A stretch of DNA of 63,641 nucleotides, the filler included, from Chiloscyllium plagiosum (lineage: Eukaryota), in NCBI RefSeq assembly GCF_004010195.1. It is 5 parts of one record of this genome, joined end to end, with 100 filler letters (N's around TTAATTAATTAA, not from the genome) between each part and the next. Parts side by side here need not be neighbours in the genome. Positions count along the whole stretch, not along the records: positions 50,328 to 60,731 come from NC_057715.1; positions 60,832 to 63,641 come from NC_057715.1; 3 more parts are not named here. One strand, written 5' to 3'. Of this stretch, positions 51,380 through 63,509 are shown in pieces (position 1 is the first letter of the stretch; each line of letters begins with the position of its first letter). Made by a program: the position numbers and the translations under genes. The notes below the pieces were generated by a model. That model was not told the origin of the DNA. It worked only from the letters and a program-made list of their open reading frames with translations, and searched no databases.

Positions 51380-52600
51380 AGAGCCACTAGAGAAATCATA
51401 CGATAAAACCAGACAACTGCCTGGTATCAACCTGGGTACAAGGCGGCACATTCTACCTCTTCAAAGTTCACCAACTAACACATTGGAACATCATGCTAAA
51501 ATTGCAAAAGTTGACCCATGGATTAGTCAAACAACAACTTGACAATCATGTTCAGTGAATCCTAACCGACAACCATTGGTCAAGGGCCCTCTGTCATCAT
51601 GCTAATACACTCCCAGGCCCACTGGCAGCTTAGACCCACCAGGGACTGCGAAACTGTTGGAAGGAAGAGGTTCTGAGAATACTTGATATTGATTTTGGAC
51701 TTCATAAACTCCAAAAGCATCAGACTGAATACAGGCAAGGAAAGTTCCTGATCACCATCTACCAGGTGCTGCTCCTGGCCCAAGGCAAGTTATCCCTCTA
51801 TTGTGGGTCCTGTCACTTACCAGCCTTCCTCAACTAATAAATTAGTACTCCTCCATATTGAAGGTCACTTGAAAGAAGCACTGAGGATAACCAGACATTT
51901 AATACATTAGGGATGGGGGACTTCAATACCCAGCACTTAATGCGACTTTGTTGTGATAATACAGGCCAAGCCTCAATGGACTGCTTGAAGTGATCAGCCT
52001 GTAATACAGAAAATTGCCCAGTGATGTCAAACCCACAAAAAAGGCAAAAAAAAACAAATTTGTCTGATCAAAGCAGTGGAAGGAATGTTGACAGCACTTA
52101 GTCAGTTCAGCTCAAATTCAGTCCGGCCCCACTCAGCTCTGGATCTTATTACTGACTTAGTTTGAATATGGATAAAAGAACTAAAAACTAGAGATGAAGT
52201 GAGACTGACTATCCTTGACATCGAGACTATATTTAATAAAGTTCAACATCAAAGAGCATGAGAAAAATTGAATTAACAGCAAATCAGGGTGGAAACATAC
52301 CTAGCACAAAGGAAGATTATAGCTGTTGGAGATCAATCAGCTCATTTCCAAGACATTGCTGCAGGAGTTGATCAATGTCATGCTCCACACCTGACCATCT
52401 TGAATCGTTTAAACAATGACCTCCCCTTCTTTATGTCAGAGTGAAATGTTTGCTAGTGACTGCTGTGTTCAGTACCATTTACAACTCATGAAATACAGAA
52501 GCATTTCATCTCCATATGCAGCAAGGCCTAGACAACATTCTTACTTGAAGCATACAAGTTCAGGCAAAGATCACCCCCAACAAAAGATAGAATCAACCTA
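51380..52600 (+). mobile_element. Highly degraded L2/CR1-clade LINE fragment
   Basis: Decayed endonuclease and RT-like segments (e.g. GGGGGACTTCAAT, CTTGACATC). Confidence 0.55.
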
Positions 52601-53081
52601 AACAAACACAGAATTCACAGTTCTGAACAAAAGTTATACTGGACTCTAAATGTTAACTGTCTCTCTTTCCACTGAAACTGCCGAACTGCTAAGTTCCTCC
52701 AGCATTCGTTGGTTGTTTCAGGGTAACTGTAGTTTCAGGAACCTATAATTAGTCAAGAGAAACTATAAATGTATAATTGCAAGATCCCATGTTCAGCATG
52801 CTGTATTTGCAATTAAAATGAAAACTGTACTTTAGGTGAACCATCATTCCTCACACAATCATCCACAGCCTTTATTCATGAGATCTAATCATTACCATCC
52901 AAAAGCATTGCCATTGTTGAATTCCCCACAATATCTAAATGACCAAATACTGTGGCTACAAGTGCAGGTCAGAGACTGGGAATACTGCAGCGAGCAACTC
53001 ACTTACTGACTTCTATGCCACTCTCTCCCCCCCCCCACCCTCCTCTAGCTTATCTCTCCATGCTTCAGGCTCTCTGCCTTT

Positions 53082-53117
53082 ATTCCTGATGAAGGGCTTT
53101 TGCCCGAAACGTCGATT
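53082..53117 (+). ncRNA. Minimal hammerhead motif (family A), intact core
   Basis: CTGATGA(53086-53092)-A-GGGC-TTTT-GCCC-GAAACGTC(53106-53113). Confidence 0.7.
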
Positions 53118-53834
53118 TTGCCTGTCCTCGGATGCTGCCTGAATTGCTGTGCTCTTCTTTCAGCTGAACATGTCCACACCGACCCTCTGAAGAGTAACCC
53201 ACCCAGACCCATTCTCTTACCCTATTGTCCTATATTTCCCCCTGACTATTGCACCTCACCTACACATCACTGAACACTATGGGCAATTTCCCACAGCGAA
53301 TTCACCTCACCTGCACAACGTTGGATTGTGGGAAGAAACAGAAGCACCCAGAGAAAACTCACACTAACACAGGGAGACTGTACAAACTCCACCCAGACAA
53401 TCGTTGATGCTGGAATCGAACCAGAGTCCTTGGCGCTGTGAGGCAGCAGTGCTAACCACTGAGCTACCGTGCCATCCATTCTGGACTCAGTTTTCCAAGT
53501 GCTTCCCACATCCCTTCAATTCCTGGAGAGGCCAGAACTCTGTCCATGCCAGCTGTAAATTTATTCAGCAATGGCCATCCACAGCCCTCTGGGGTTGACA
53601 ATTTCAAAGATTTACAAGTGCCCGAGTGAAGTCACTTTTCCACATCTCATTCTGAAGCGATCGCCCTTCCATTCTGAGAATGTGACCTCCTGTATTTCAG
53701 ATTCTCCAACCGGGAAAACAATCTCTCAGTATCTGCCCTGTCAAACCCCTTCTAAACTCCACAGAATTTGCCTCAGCTTACTCAGTCTCTCATTGTGGAA
53801 TAAACCCCTCATCCCCAGTGAAACTTTGCAAGCA

Positions 53835-55525
53835 GATAAATCCCAGGACCTGATCACATGTACCCTAGAACTCTTTGGGAAGCTAGAGAAGTGATTGCTG
53901 GGCTCCTTACTGAGATATTTGTATCATCGATAGTCACAGGTGAGGTATCGGAAGACTGGAGGTCGGCTAATGGGGTGCCACTTTTTAAGAAGGGTGGTAA
54001 GAACAAGCCAGGGAACTAAAGATCAGTGAGCATGACATTGGTGGTGGGTAAGTTGTTGGAAGGGATCCTGAGTGGCAGGATTTACATGTATTTGGAAAGG
54101 CAAGGACTGATTCGGGACAGTCAACATGGCTTTGTGCATGGGAAATCATGTCTCACAAACTTGATTGAAGAAGTAACAAAGAGGATTGATGAGGGTAGAT
54201 CAGTGGATGTGATCTACATGAATGTCAGTAAGGTGTTAAACAAGGTTCCGCATGATAGACTGGTTAGCAAGTTTAGATCATACGGAATACAGGGAGAACT
54301 AGCTATCTAGATACAGAACTGGCTCAGAGATGGAAGACAGAGAGTAATGGTGGAGGGTTGCTTTTCAGACTGGAGGCCTGTGACCAGTGGTGTGCCACAA
54401 GGATCGGTGCTGGGTCCACTGTTTTTGTCATTTTATATAAATGATTTGGACATAAGCATAAGAGGTATAGTTAGTAAGTTTGCAGATGATACCAAAATTG
54501 GAGGTGTAGTGGACAGCGAAAGAGGTTACTTCAAAGTACAACAGGACCTTGATCAGACGGGGGCCAATGGGCTGAGAAGTGGCAGATGGAGTTTAATTTG
54601 GGTAAATGTGACGTGCTGCATTTTGGAAAGACAAATCAGTGCAGGACTCATACACTTAATGGTCAGGTGCCTGGGGGGGGGGGGGTGTTGCTGAACAAAG
54701 AGACCTTGGAGTGCAGGTTCATAGCTCCTTAAAAGTGGAGTCGCAGGTAGATAGGATAGTGAAGAAGGCGTTTGGTTTGCTTGACTTTATTGATCAGAGC
54801 ATTGAGTGTTAGAGTTGGGCGGTTGTATTGCGGCTGTACAGGACACTGAGTCAGCCACTTTTGGGATATTGCATGCAATTCTGGTCTCCCTCCTGTCGGG
54901 AGCATGTTGTGAAACCTGAAATGGTTCAGAAAAGATTTACACAGATGTTAACAGGGTTGGAGGATTTGAGCTACAGGGAGAGGCTGAATAGGCTGGGGCT
55001 GTTTTCCCTGGAGCATCAGAGGCTGAGGGGTGACTTTATAGAGGTATACAAACTTATGAGGGGCATGGATAGGGTAACTAGACAAAGTCTTTTCCCTGGG
55101 ATGGGGGAGTCCAGAACTAGAGGGGCATAGGTTTAGGGTGAGCGGGGAAGATATAAAAGGGACCTAAGGGGCAACATTTTCACACAGAGGGTGGTACGTG
55201 TATGGAATGAGCTGCCAGAGGAAGTGGTGGAGGCTGGTACAATTACAACATTTAAAAGGCATNNNNNNNNNNNNNNNNNNNNNNNNNNNNNNNNNNNNNN
55301 NNNNNNNNNNNNNNNNNGTGCTTCCAATTAAACCTGTTGGACTATAACCTGGTGTTGTGTGATTTTTAACATTTAAAAGGCATCTGGATGGGTATATGAA
55401 TACGAAAGGTACAGAGGGATATGGGTCAAATGCTGGCAAATGGGACAAAACTTATATAGGATATCTGGTCAGCATGGACGATTGGATCAAAGGGTCTGTT
55501 TCTGTGCTGTACATTTCTATGACTC
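53835..55525 (+). mobile_element. Longest CR1/HER1-type LINE copy (frameshifted RT through 3' end)
   Basis: QHGFVHGKSCLTNL, SGVPQGSVLGPL, SKFADDTKIGG; contains a PLE family B insertion with 16-bp TSD AACATTTAAAAGGCAT (55247-55262 and 55368-55383). Confidence 0.92.
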
Positions 55526-55629
55526 TTCATATATCCTTCCCTAAATATAAAAATCAAAATTGCACCCAATACTCCAGATGTGGTCAGGCCAAGACCCTGT
55601 GAATTTACAGTTGGACTTGTTTACTCCTA

Positions 55630-56130
55630 TCCTCCAATCCTCTTGCAATCTTACCAACTTTTACAGATGCATCATAGAAAGCATCACGGCATTGTATGGC
55701 AACTGCCCTGCCCAAGACCACGAGAAATTACAGAGAGTTGTGAATGCAGCCCAGTCCATCATGCAAACCAACCTTCCATCCAGCAACTCTATCTACACTC
55801 CCTGCTGCCTTTGGAAAGCACCCAACAAGACCCCTCCCACCCAGTTATACCCTCTTCCACACCCATCGGGCAGAAGATATAAAAGTTTGAAAATGTGTAC
55901 AAAAGTTCAAGATCAGCTTCTTCCCTGCTGTTATCAGACTTATGAATGGACCTCTCATATATTAGAGTGGATCTTTCTCTGCACGTTCTCTGTAGCTTTA
56001 ATACTATATTCTGCATTCTGTTCCATTACCCTGATGTACTTATGTACAATATGATTTGTCTGGTTAGCACGCAAACAACACTTTTCACTGTATCTCAGTA
56101 CATGTGACAATAATAAATCAAATCAAACCA
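55630..56130 (+). mobile_element. Rex1/Babar-type LINE 3' fragment
   Basis: LTNFYRCIIESI...YGNC...KLQRVV; tail AATAAATCAAATCAAA. Confidence 0.75.
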
Positions 56131-58262
56131 AATATTTGGAATTTAAATATTCTGCAATACTACTTAATGGGAACATTTATACACCACAGCTGTTGTGCTG
56201 AAAGCAAGGATTATTGTTTCTGGCAACAGCTCGTTCATACAATCCTGATGAGGTTGTAAAACTGACAACCTCTAACTCTGTGGCATGGCTCTGAAAGAGC
56301 TGATAACCCTTGCAAGAAGAATTTGACACAGAGGATTGAACTGCTTCAGCCGGCTTGATGTTCTCAGAAAAGCACACGCTGTGGTGTGACCGACCTCAGG
56401 AGCTGCCTGTAGGGGGGTAGGGGGGTTTACATGGGCAGTACAGACCCTTACTCCTTGGGTAGCCTGCTCTTACAACAAACTGTGAGCCTTGAAGCCCACT
56501 CCCTTTTGCAAGAAGGTTAATCTCAATTAGCCGAAGAGCTTCCGTGACGTTTTGTGCTGTGCTTAAAGTGGACAGCTGCACCTTACTGTCTGTAAAGAGT
56601 TGAATTTCTGTAGCGACAATCTCAGGGCATCACTTGACAGCTCATTAGATCAAAGAGTTAGGAGCAGGGCAGGCAGTTCAGCCCCTCAAGCCTCCTCCTC
56701 CCCCTTTCAGTAAGGTCATGGCTGTTCCGATTGCAGCTCACTGCCACCTTCCTCGTTATTATATTCATTCATCCCTCTGGCTCGGCCAGCATTTGTTGCC
56801 CATCCCCAACTGCCCCTCAACCACATTGCTGTGGGTCTGGAGTCACGTGTGGGCCAGACCGGGTATGGATGGCAGATTTCCCTTCCCTGAAGGATATGAG
56901 TGAACCAAATGGGTTTTTTTAAGACAATGAAAAAAGTCGCCATTAGACTAGCTTTTCAAATTCCAGATTTTCAAACCCGAATTCAAATTTCACCATCAGC
57001 TGCCATGGGGTTTGATCCCACAACTCCAGAGCATTCGTGGCCAGACTGGGATTGCTATTCCAGTGACATTCCTACTATAAAATGGTCCCACTTACTGGCA
57101 AATTTCTAAACTGTAATCAGAGAAACTTCTAGTCAGAGTGGGGCCTTTAGCCTGCTCCACCATTCAATATGATCTCAGCTGATTCTCTGTCACAATGCGA
57201 TATTCCCACTTTTTCCTCATTCTGCCTTCACTATCAAATAAATTTTCTCTCTCCTCCTTGCATATATTCAGTGACCTGGCCTGCGTGACAGCAAATTCCA
57301 CAGGTCCAGGTCCACCACCAATCTTTCCTCATTTCAGTCCTAAATGGTCTACCCCATATCATAAGGCTGTGTCCCAGGACTCTGGACTCACCCAACCAAG
57401 GGCAAAAGTGAGGACTGCAGATGCTGGAAATCAGAGCAAAAGCCTGATTCCCGATTCCTGATGAAGAGCTTTTTCCCAAAACGTTGATTTTCCTGCTCCT
57501 CGGATGCTGCCTGACCTGCTGTGCTTTTCCAGCACCACTCTAATCTAGACTCACCCTTCTTGTGTCTCGTCTGTCCAGCCCAGTTAGAATCTTATACATT
57601 TCTATCCAATCCCCCTCATCTCTTTTAAACTCTGGTGAACGCAGACCTGGTCAAACTAATCACAGCCCATAGGAGAGTCCTACCGTCCCTGATGCTAGCC
57701 CAGTGAACTCTGCCACACTCCCTCGAAGGCAAGCATGTCCTTTCTTAGGGAGGGAGATCAAAAGTGCACGAAAATTGACATGAAGATTAGCCAAGAGAAA
57801 GTGAATACTGCAGATGATCAGAGTTGAAACGTTGACTCTCCGACTCCTCGGATGCTACATGACCAGTGTGCTTTTCCAGCACCACACTTTTCGATGAAGA
57901 TCTTTGGTTATAGGAGGATAGACACAGATTGGTCAGAGTGGCAAATGGAATTTAACCCTGATAAATGTAAGGTGGTGAAATTTGGAAGAAGTAACAAAAT
58001 AAGGGAGTACTCAATAATTGGCAGGACACTCGAAGTATATAGGTACAGGAGTAGGCCATTCAGCCCCTCAGGCCTGTTCCCCGATTCAATGAGATCATGG
58101 CTGATCTGTGACCTAGCTTCATATACAGTCAGTTTGTCTATAATGTGATGACTGCGTTCTTGTGCAATCCCACATTACTGAAAAATCGTGCTTTAGAAAC
58201 AGCACTTAAAGTTAAAAATCACACAACACCAGGTTATAGTCCAACAGGTTTAATTGGAAGCA

Positions 58263-58297
58263 CACTAGCTTTCGGAGCGACGCTCCTTCATCAGGTG
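58263..58297 (-). ncRNA. Minimal hammerhead motif (family B), intact core
   Basis: Minus strand cac-CTGATGA-A-GGAGC-GTC-GCTCC-GAAAGCTA-gtg. Confidence 0.72.
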
Positions 58298-58389
58298 ATT
58301 GTGGAGGGCTCGATCGTAACACAGAATTTATAGCAAAAAACTGCAAATTTTTGCTATAAATTCTGTGTTACGATCGAGCCCTCCACAAT

Positions 58390-58424
58390 CACCTGATGAA
58401 GGAGCGTCGCTCCGAAAGCTAGTG
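58390..58424 (+). ncRNA. Minimal hammerhead motif (family B), intact core
   Basis: cac-CTGATGA(58393-58399)-A-GGAGC-GTC-GCTCC-GAAAGCTA(58414-58421)-gtg. Confidence 0.72.
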
Positions 58425-58756
58425 TGCTTCCAATTACCCTGGTGTTGTGTGATTTTTAACTTTGTACACCCCAGTCCAACACCGGCATCTCCGAATCAGC
58501 ACTTAAAGTGTTAGTGATGTAATCGCATTACAGCCAGCACAGTTCACACTTTAGAAACAGTGTCCTCAATTCATCATTCGCGTTACTGTGAATTTGTGTT
58601 GACGGAGCGCACTTTATCGAGGAATGACCTGTACCTGCCTTTGGCCCACATCCCCTGATACCTTTGCTTGACAAAAAATCATCTATCTCAGATTAAAAAT
58701 TAACAACAAGTGCTTCTTATCATCTCTCCTGAATGGCCTGGCCCTAATTCTCAGAC

Positions 58757-59105
58757 GATAAGACCATAAGACCATAAGACATAGAAGCAGAAGTAAGGCC
58801 ATTCGGCCCATCGAGTCCACTCCGCCATTCAATTATGGCTGATGGGCATTTCAACTCCACTTACCTGCATTCTCCCCGTAGCCCTTAATTCCTTGTGACA
58901 TCAAGAATTTATCAATTTCTGCCTTGAAGACATTTAGCGTCCCAGCCTCCACTGCACTCTGCGGCAATGAATTCCACAGGCCCATCACTCTCTGGCTGAA
59001 GAAATGTCTCCACATTTCTGTTCTGAATTTACCCCCTCTACTCCTAAGGCTGTGTCCACGGGTCCTAGTCTCCCCATCTAACGGAAACAATTTCCTAGCT
59101 TGCCC
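58757..59105 (-). mobile_element. CR1-type LINE 3' end
   Basis: ORF 58851..59123 with ETRTRGHSL and FFSQRVMGLWNSLPQ; (CATAAGAC)n tail. Confidence 0.9.
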
Positions 59106-59490
59106 TAGTTCTAGAGTCCCCAACCAGTGGGAACAGTTTATCTTTATCTACTGTCTTTTCCTTGAAAGCTTTGATCAGATCACCCCTTAACCTTCTAAAT
59201 TCCACAGTAAACCAATCTAATTTGTATAATCTCTCCTCACAACTGAGGTCCTGAAGTCCAAGTATTCTTTTGTAAACCTACTCCGAATCCAATCTATCCT
59301 CCCAAAGGTGTGGTGCCCAGATTTGCTCACAGTACTCCAAGTGGGCTCTAACCAGGGCTTTGGATAACTGCCGCATAACTTCTGCATCCTTACACTCCAA
59401 TCCTCTAGATATATAGCTCAGAGGAGCAGTGGGATCTTGCGATGCTTGTCCATAGATCCCTGACTGCTGCAGGACAGGTGAATAGGGTGG

Positions 59491-59636
59491 GAGAAAGTGA
59501 GGACTGCAGATGCTGGAGATCAGAGTTGAGAGTGTGGTGCTGGAAAAACACAGCAGGTCAGGCAGCATCCGAGGAGCAGGAGAATCCTGCTCCTCGGATG
59601 CTGCCTGACCTGCTGCGTTTTTCCAGCACCACGCTC
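59491..59636. mobile_element. PLE family A short palindrome without a hammerhead
   Basis: Inverted arms centred near 59582; imperfect TSD GGTGAATAGGGT / GGTTAATAGTGT. Confidence 0.75.
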
Positions 59637-60333
59637 TGGAGGTTAATAGTGTAGTTAAGATGACATATTGGACACTTGCCTTTGTTAGTCATAGATTAGA
59701 TTACAAGAACAGGGACGTGTACAGGACTTTGGTGAGGCCACTGCTGTAGCATTGTGCGCAGTTCTGGCTACCACACTGTAGAAGGGACGTGATTGCACCA
59801 GAGGGGGTGCAGAGGAGATCCACCAGGATGGTGCCTGGGATGGAGCATTTCAGTGATGGAGAGAGACTGGATACGCTCAGGGTGTTTTCTTCAGAGCAGA
59901 GACGGCGAAGGGGGGAACCAGGCAGAGGTGTAGAAGATTGAGGAGTGAATAGAAAGCAGCTGTTCCCCTTAATTCAAGGGTCAATAACAATGGGGACATA
60001 ACTTTGAAGTAAAAGGCAGGATGTTTAAGGGGGATCTGAGGAACATTATGTCACCCAGAAGGAGGTGGGGGTCTGGGAGGGGAGTTGAGGCAGAAAACCT
60101 CACGACCTTTGAAAAAGTACTTGGCTGAGCTCTTGAACGTAGAACATAGAACAATACAGCACAGAACAGGCCCTTTGGCCCACGATGTTGTGCCGAACAT
60201 TTGTCCTAGCTTAAGCACCCATCCATGTACCTATCCAATTGCCGCTTAAAGGTCACCAAAGATTCTGACTCTACCACTCCCACAGGCAGCGCATTCCATG
60301 CCCCCACCACTCTCTGGGTAAAGAACCCACCCC

Positions 60334-60731
60334 TTATCTCATTTTTCCTCTGCGTATTTCCTTCTTAGTAATCCTCTGTTGCTCTTTAAAAGCTTTCCAG
60401 TCCTCAGTTTTTCCACTTATCTTAGCTATGTTATACTTTTTCTCTTTTAACTTTATATGTTTCTTTACTTCCCTCATCAGCCACGGCCGCCCATGCCTCC
60501 TCCTGGGATCTTTCTTCCTTTTAGGAATGAACTGATCCTGCAACTTCTGCATTATACACAGAAATATCCGCCATTGTTCCTCCACGGTCATCCCTGCTAA
60601 GGTATTGCACAATTGAACTTTGGCCAGCTCCTCCCTCATAGCTCCATAGTTCCCTTTATTCAACAGAAGTACTGTCACTTCCGACTGTACCCTCTCCCTC
60701 TCAAATTGCAGATTGAAGCTTATTGCATTAT
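60334..60731 (-). mobile_element. CR1 ORF2 fragment from between the endonuclease and RT domains
   Basis: ORF 60334..60678 with KGNYGAMREELAKV, FIPKRKK and PWL. Confidence 0.8.
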
Positions 60732-60831
60732 NNNNNNNNNNNNNNNNNNNNNNNNNNNNNNNNNNNNNNNNNNNNTTAATTAATTAANNNNNNNNNNNNN
60801 NNNNNNNNNNNNNNNNNNNNNNNNNNNNNNN

Positions 60832-61555
60832 CTAGGGAGTGTTGCTGAACAAAGAGACCTTGGAGTGCAGGTTCATAGCTCCTTGAAAGTGGAGTCGCAG
60901 GTAGATAGGATAGTGAAGAAGGCATTTGGTATGCTTTCCTTTATTGGTCAGAATGTTGAGTACAGGAGTTGGGAGGTCATGTTGCAGCTATACAGGACAT
61001 TGGTTAGGCCACTGTTGGAGTATTGCGTGCAATTCTGGTCTCCTTCCTATTGGAAAGATGTTGTGAAACTTGAAAGGGTTCAGAAAAGATTTACAAGGAT
61101 GTTACCAGGGTTGGAGGGGTTGAGCTACAGGGAGAGGCTGAACAGGCTGGGGCTGTTTTCCCTAGAGCATCAGAGGCTGAGGGGTGACATTATAGAAGTT
61201 TATAAAATCATGAGGGGCATGGATAAGATAAATAGGCAAAGTCTTTTCCTTGGGTTGGGGGAACTAGAGGGCATAGGTTTAGGGTGAGGGGAGAAAGATA
61301 TAAAAGAGACCTAAGGGACAACTTTTTCACACAGAGGGTGGTATGGCAATGGAATGAGCTGCCAGAGGAAGTGGTGGAGGCTGGTACAATTGCAACATTT
61401 AAGAGGCATTTGGATGGGTATATGAATAGGAAGGGTTTGGAGGGATATGGGCTGGATGCTGGCAGGTGGGACTAGATTGGGTTGGGGTATCTGGTCGGCA
61501 TAGATGGGTTGGACCGAAGGGTCTGTTTCTGTGCTGTATATCTCTATGACTCTAT
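60832..61555 (+). mobile_element. CR1/HER1-type LINE 3' fragment
   Basis: ORFs 60865..61287 and 61284..61475; CTCTATGACTCTAT tail. Confidence 0.92.
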
Positions 61556-62535
61556 GTCATTTCCTGTTCTTTTTCTCAGGGGGTGGTAAATGGGATCCAA
61601 GTCAATGATTTTGTTGATAGAGTTCCGGTTGGAATGCCGTGCTTCTAGGAATTCTCGTGCATGTCTTTGTTTGGTTTGTCCCAGGATGGATGTGTTGTCC
61701 CAGTCGAAGTGGTGTCCTTCCTCATCCGTATGTGACGATACTAGTGAGGGAGGGTCATGTCTTTTTGTGGCTCGTTGGTGTTCGTGTATCCTGGGGGCTA
61801 GTTTTCTGCCTGTTTGTCCAATGTAGTGTTTGTTACAGACCTTGCATGGTATTTTGTAAATGACATTGGTTTTGCTTGTTGTCTGTATCCTGTCTTTCAA
61901 GTTCATTAGCTGCTTTTTTAGTGTGTTGGTGGGTTTGTGGGTTACCATGATGCCAAGGGGTCTGAGTAGTCTGGCAGAATAGTCTTGAAAGACCCAATAC
62001 AGAAAATAGGCAAAATGTCATTTACAAAATACCGTGCAAGGTCTGTAACAAACACTACATTGGACAAACAGGCAGAAAACTAGCCCCCAGGATACACGAA
62101 CACCAACGAGTCACAAAAAGACATGACCCTCCCTCACTAGTATCCTCACATACGGATGAGGAAGGATACCACTTTAACAGGACAACACATCTATCCTGGG
62201 ACAAGCCAAACAGAGACACGCACGAGAATTCTTAGAACCATGGCATTCTAACCGTAACTCTATCAACAAACACATCGAGTTAGACCCCATCTACCACCCC
62301 CTGAGAAAAAGAACAGGAAATGGCATCACCACAGGAAATGACATCAGCGACCCAAGGAAACCTAAACATATAAATAAAAAGTGGGCTATCCCACCAGTGC
62401 TTCATCCGGAGACTCACGAAGATGTTACCTAGTATGGTAACGAAACACGAAACGCCTGAAAACAAACCTTCCAGCTTAGTGATGAAACCTTCATCCAGAA
62501 CTTCAACCTGAGCTACAAATCGTCTCAAAACTCAT
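61556..62535. mobile_element. Penelope/Poseidon-type PLE: inverted GIY-YIG copy (61556-61978, -) joined to a sense 3' end (about 61985-62535, +)
   Basis: ORF 61544..61948 NVIYKIPC..C...YIGQTGRKL..RIHEH...EFLEA; decayed hammerhead near 62414-62460; tail CTGAGCTACAAATC. Confidence 0.9.
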
Positions 62536-63509
62536 CTCTGTTCTGTACAGTCTTTCTCCATTTAAATAATATCCAGCTCTTTTATTCTTCCTGCCAAAGT
62601 GCAGAACCTCATCCAAATCATTAATATATGTTGTAAACACTTGTGCCTCAGCACTGATCTCTGTGGCACTCCTCTATTACAGGTTTAAAGCCTGCCATTC
62701 CCTGCATATTCAAACTTCCTCATTTCTATTAATTAGCCAATGCTTTCTCCATTCTAGTACACTACCTACAACACCGTGGGCTCTTATTTTATTTAGAAGC
62801 CTATTGTGAGGTATCTAATCAAATTCCTCTGGATATCCAATAAATTACATCTACTGCTTCCTCTTTATTTATCCTGTTTGTTACCTTCACAAAGAATTCT
62901 TACACATCTTTCAGACATGATTTCCTCTTCATGCAGCCATGCTGGCCTCTGCTTCATCATACTTTGTGTTTATAAATGCTCTGCAGATACATCCTTAAAA
63001 CTAGACTCTTAACATTTTCTCAATAACATTTGTTAAGCTAACTGGCTTTTAAAGTTACCTGTTTTTTGTCCCCTCCCTTTTTTAAATACATTGGCTGCTT
63101 TCCAATTGTCTAGGACTTTGCCCAGAAGATTATGACCATTATCTCTGTCGTTACCTCCTTTAATATCCTAGGTTGCATTCCATCATGTTTAGGGGACCTG
63201 TCAGTCTTTAGCCCCGTTAGTTCCCCTAGTCATAGTTAAAGTATTAATATCCCTTAATTTACCCTTAATTGTTTAGAAATTTGGAACGCAATTAGTGTTC
63301 ACTACTGTGAGGGCTGATGCAATGTACAGTATTTACTCAGCTCCTCCACTCTGTTCTTATTTCCGTAGCTTCATTCTCTCAGGAATTTTCTCTTCCTTCT
63401 CTGTCTGTCTTAATATTACTTGGAACTTTTCTCTCAAAGTTTATTTTCTCCCTCTTTATTACTTTTTAGGTCATTTTTTGTTGGTTTTTAAAACTTTCCC
63501 AATCCTCTT

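Larger units (their letters stand above)
50046..53158. mobile_element. Composite insertion bounded by inverted PLE family A termini, splitting an HE1 SINE
   Basis: 14-bp TSD TTCAGCTGAACATG (50032-50045 and 53159-53172); near-identical inverted termini at 50046-50227 and 53012-53158. Confidence 0.65.
58213..58496. mobile_element. Young PLE family B palindrome inside the MITE
   Basis: Near-perfect inverted arms; 13-bp TSD CAGCACTTAAAGT (58200-58212 and 58497-58509). Confidence 0.88.
58126..58631. mobile_element. pogo/Tigger-like non-autonomous DNA transposon (MITE)
   Basis: TA-CAG...CTG-TA with degenerate terminal inverted repeats; splits the CR1 3' UTR sequence CATATA|CCTGCC. Confidence 0.65.

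Noticed and set aside
58492..58580. Apparent minus-strand C/D box snoRNA (cgaATGATGA...CTGAttcg), attractive because ATG16L1 hosts scaRNAs
   Set aside because: The D box and terminal stem are created by the PLE/TSD junction, and the body lies inside a MITE.
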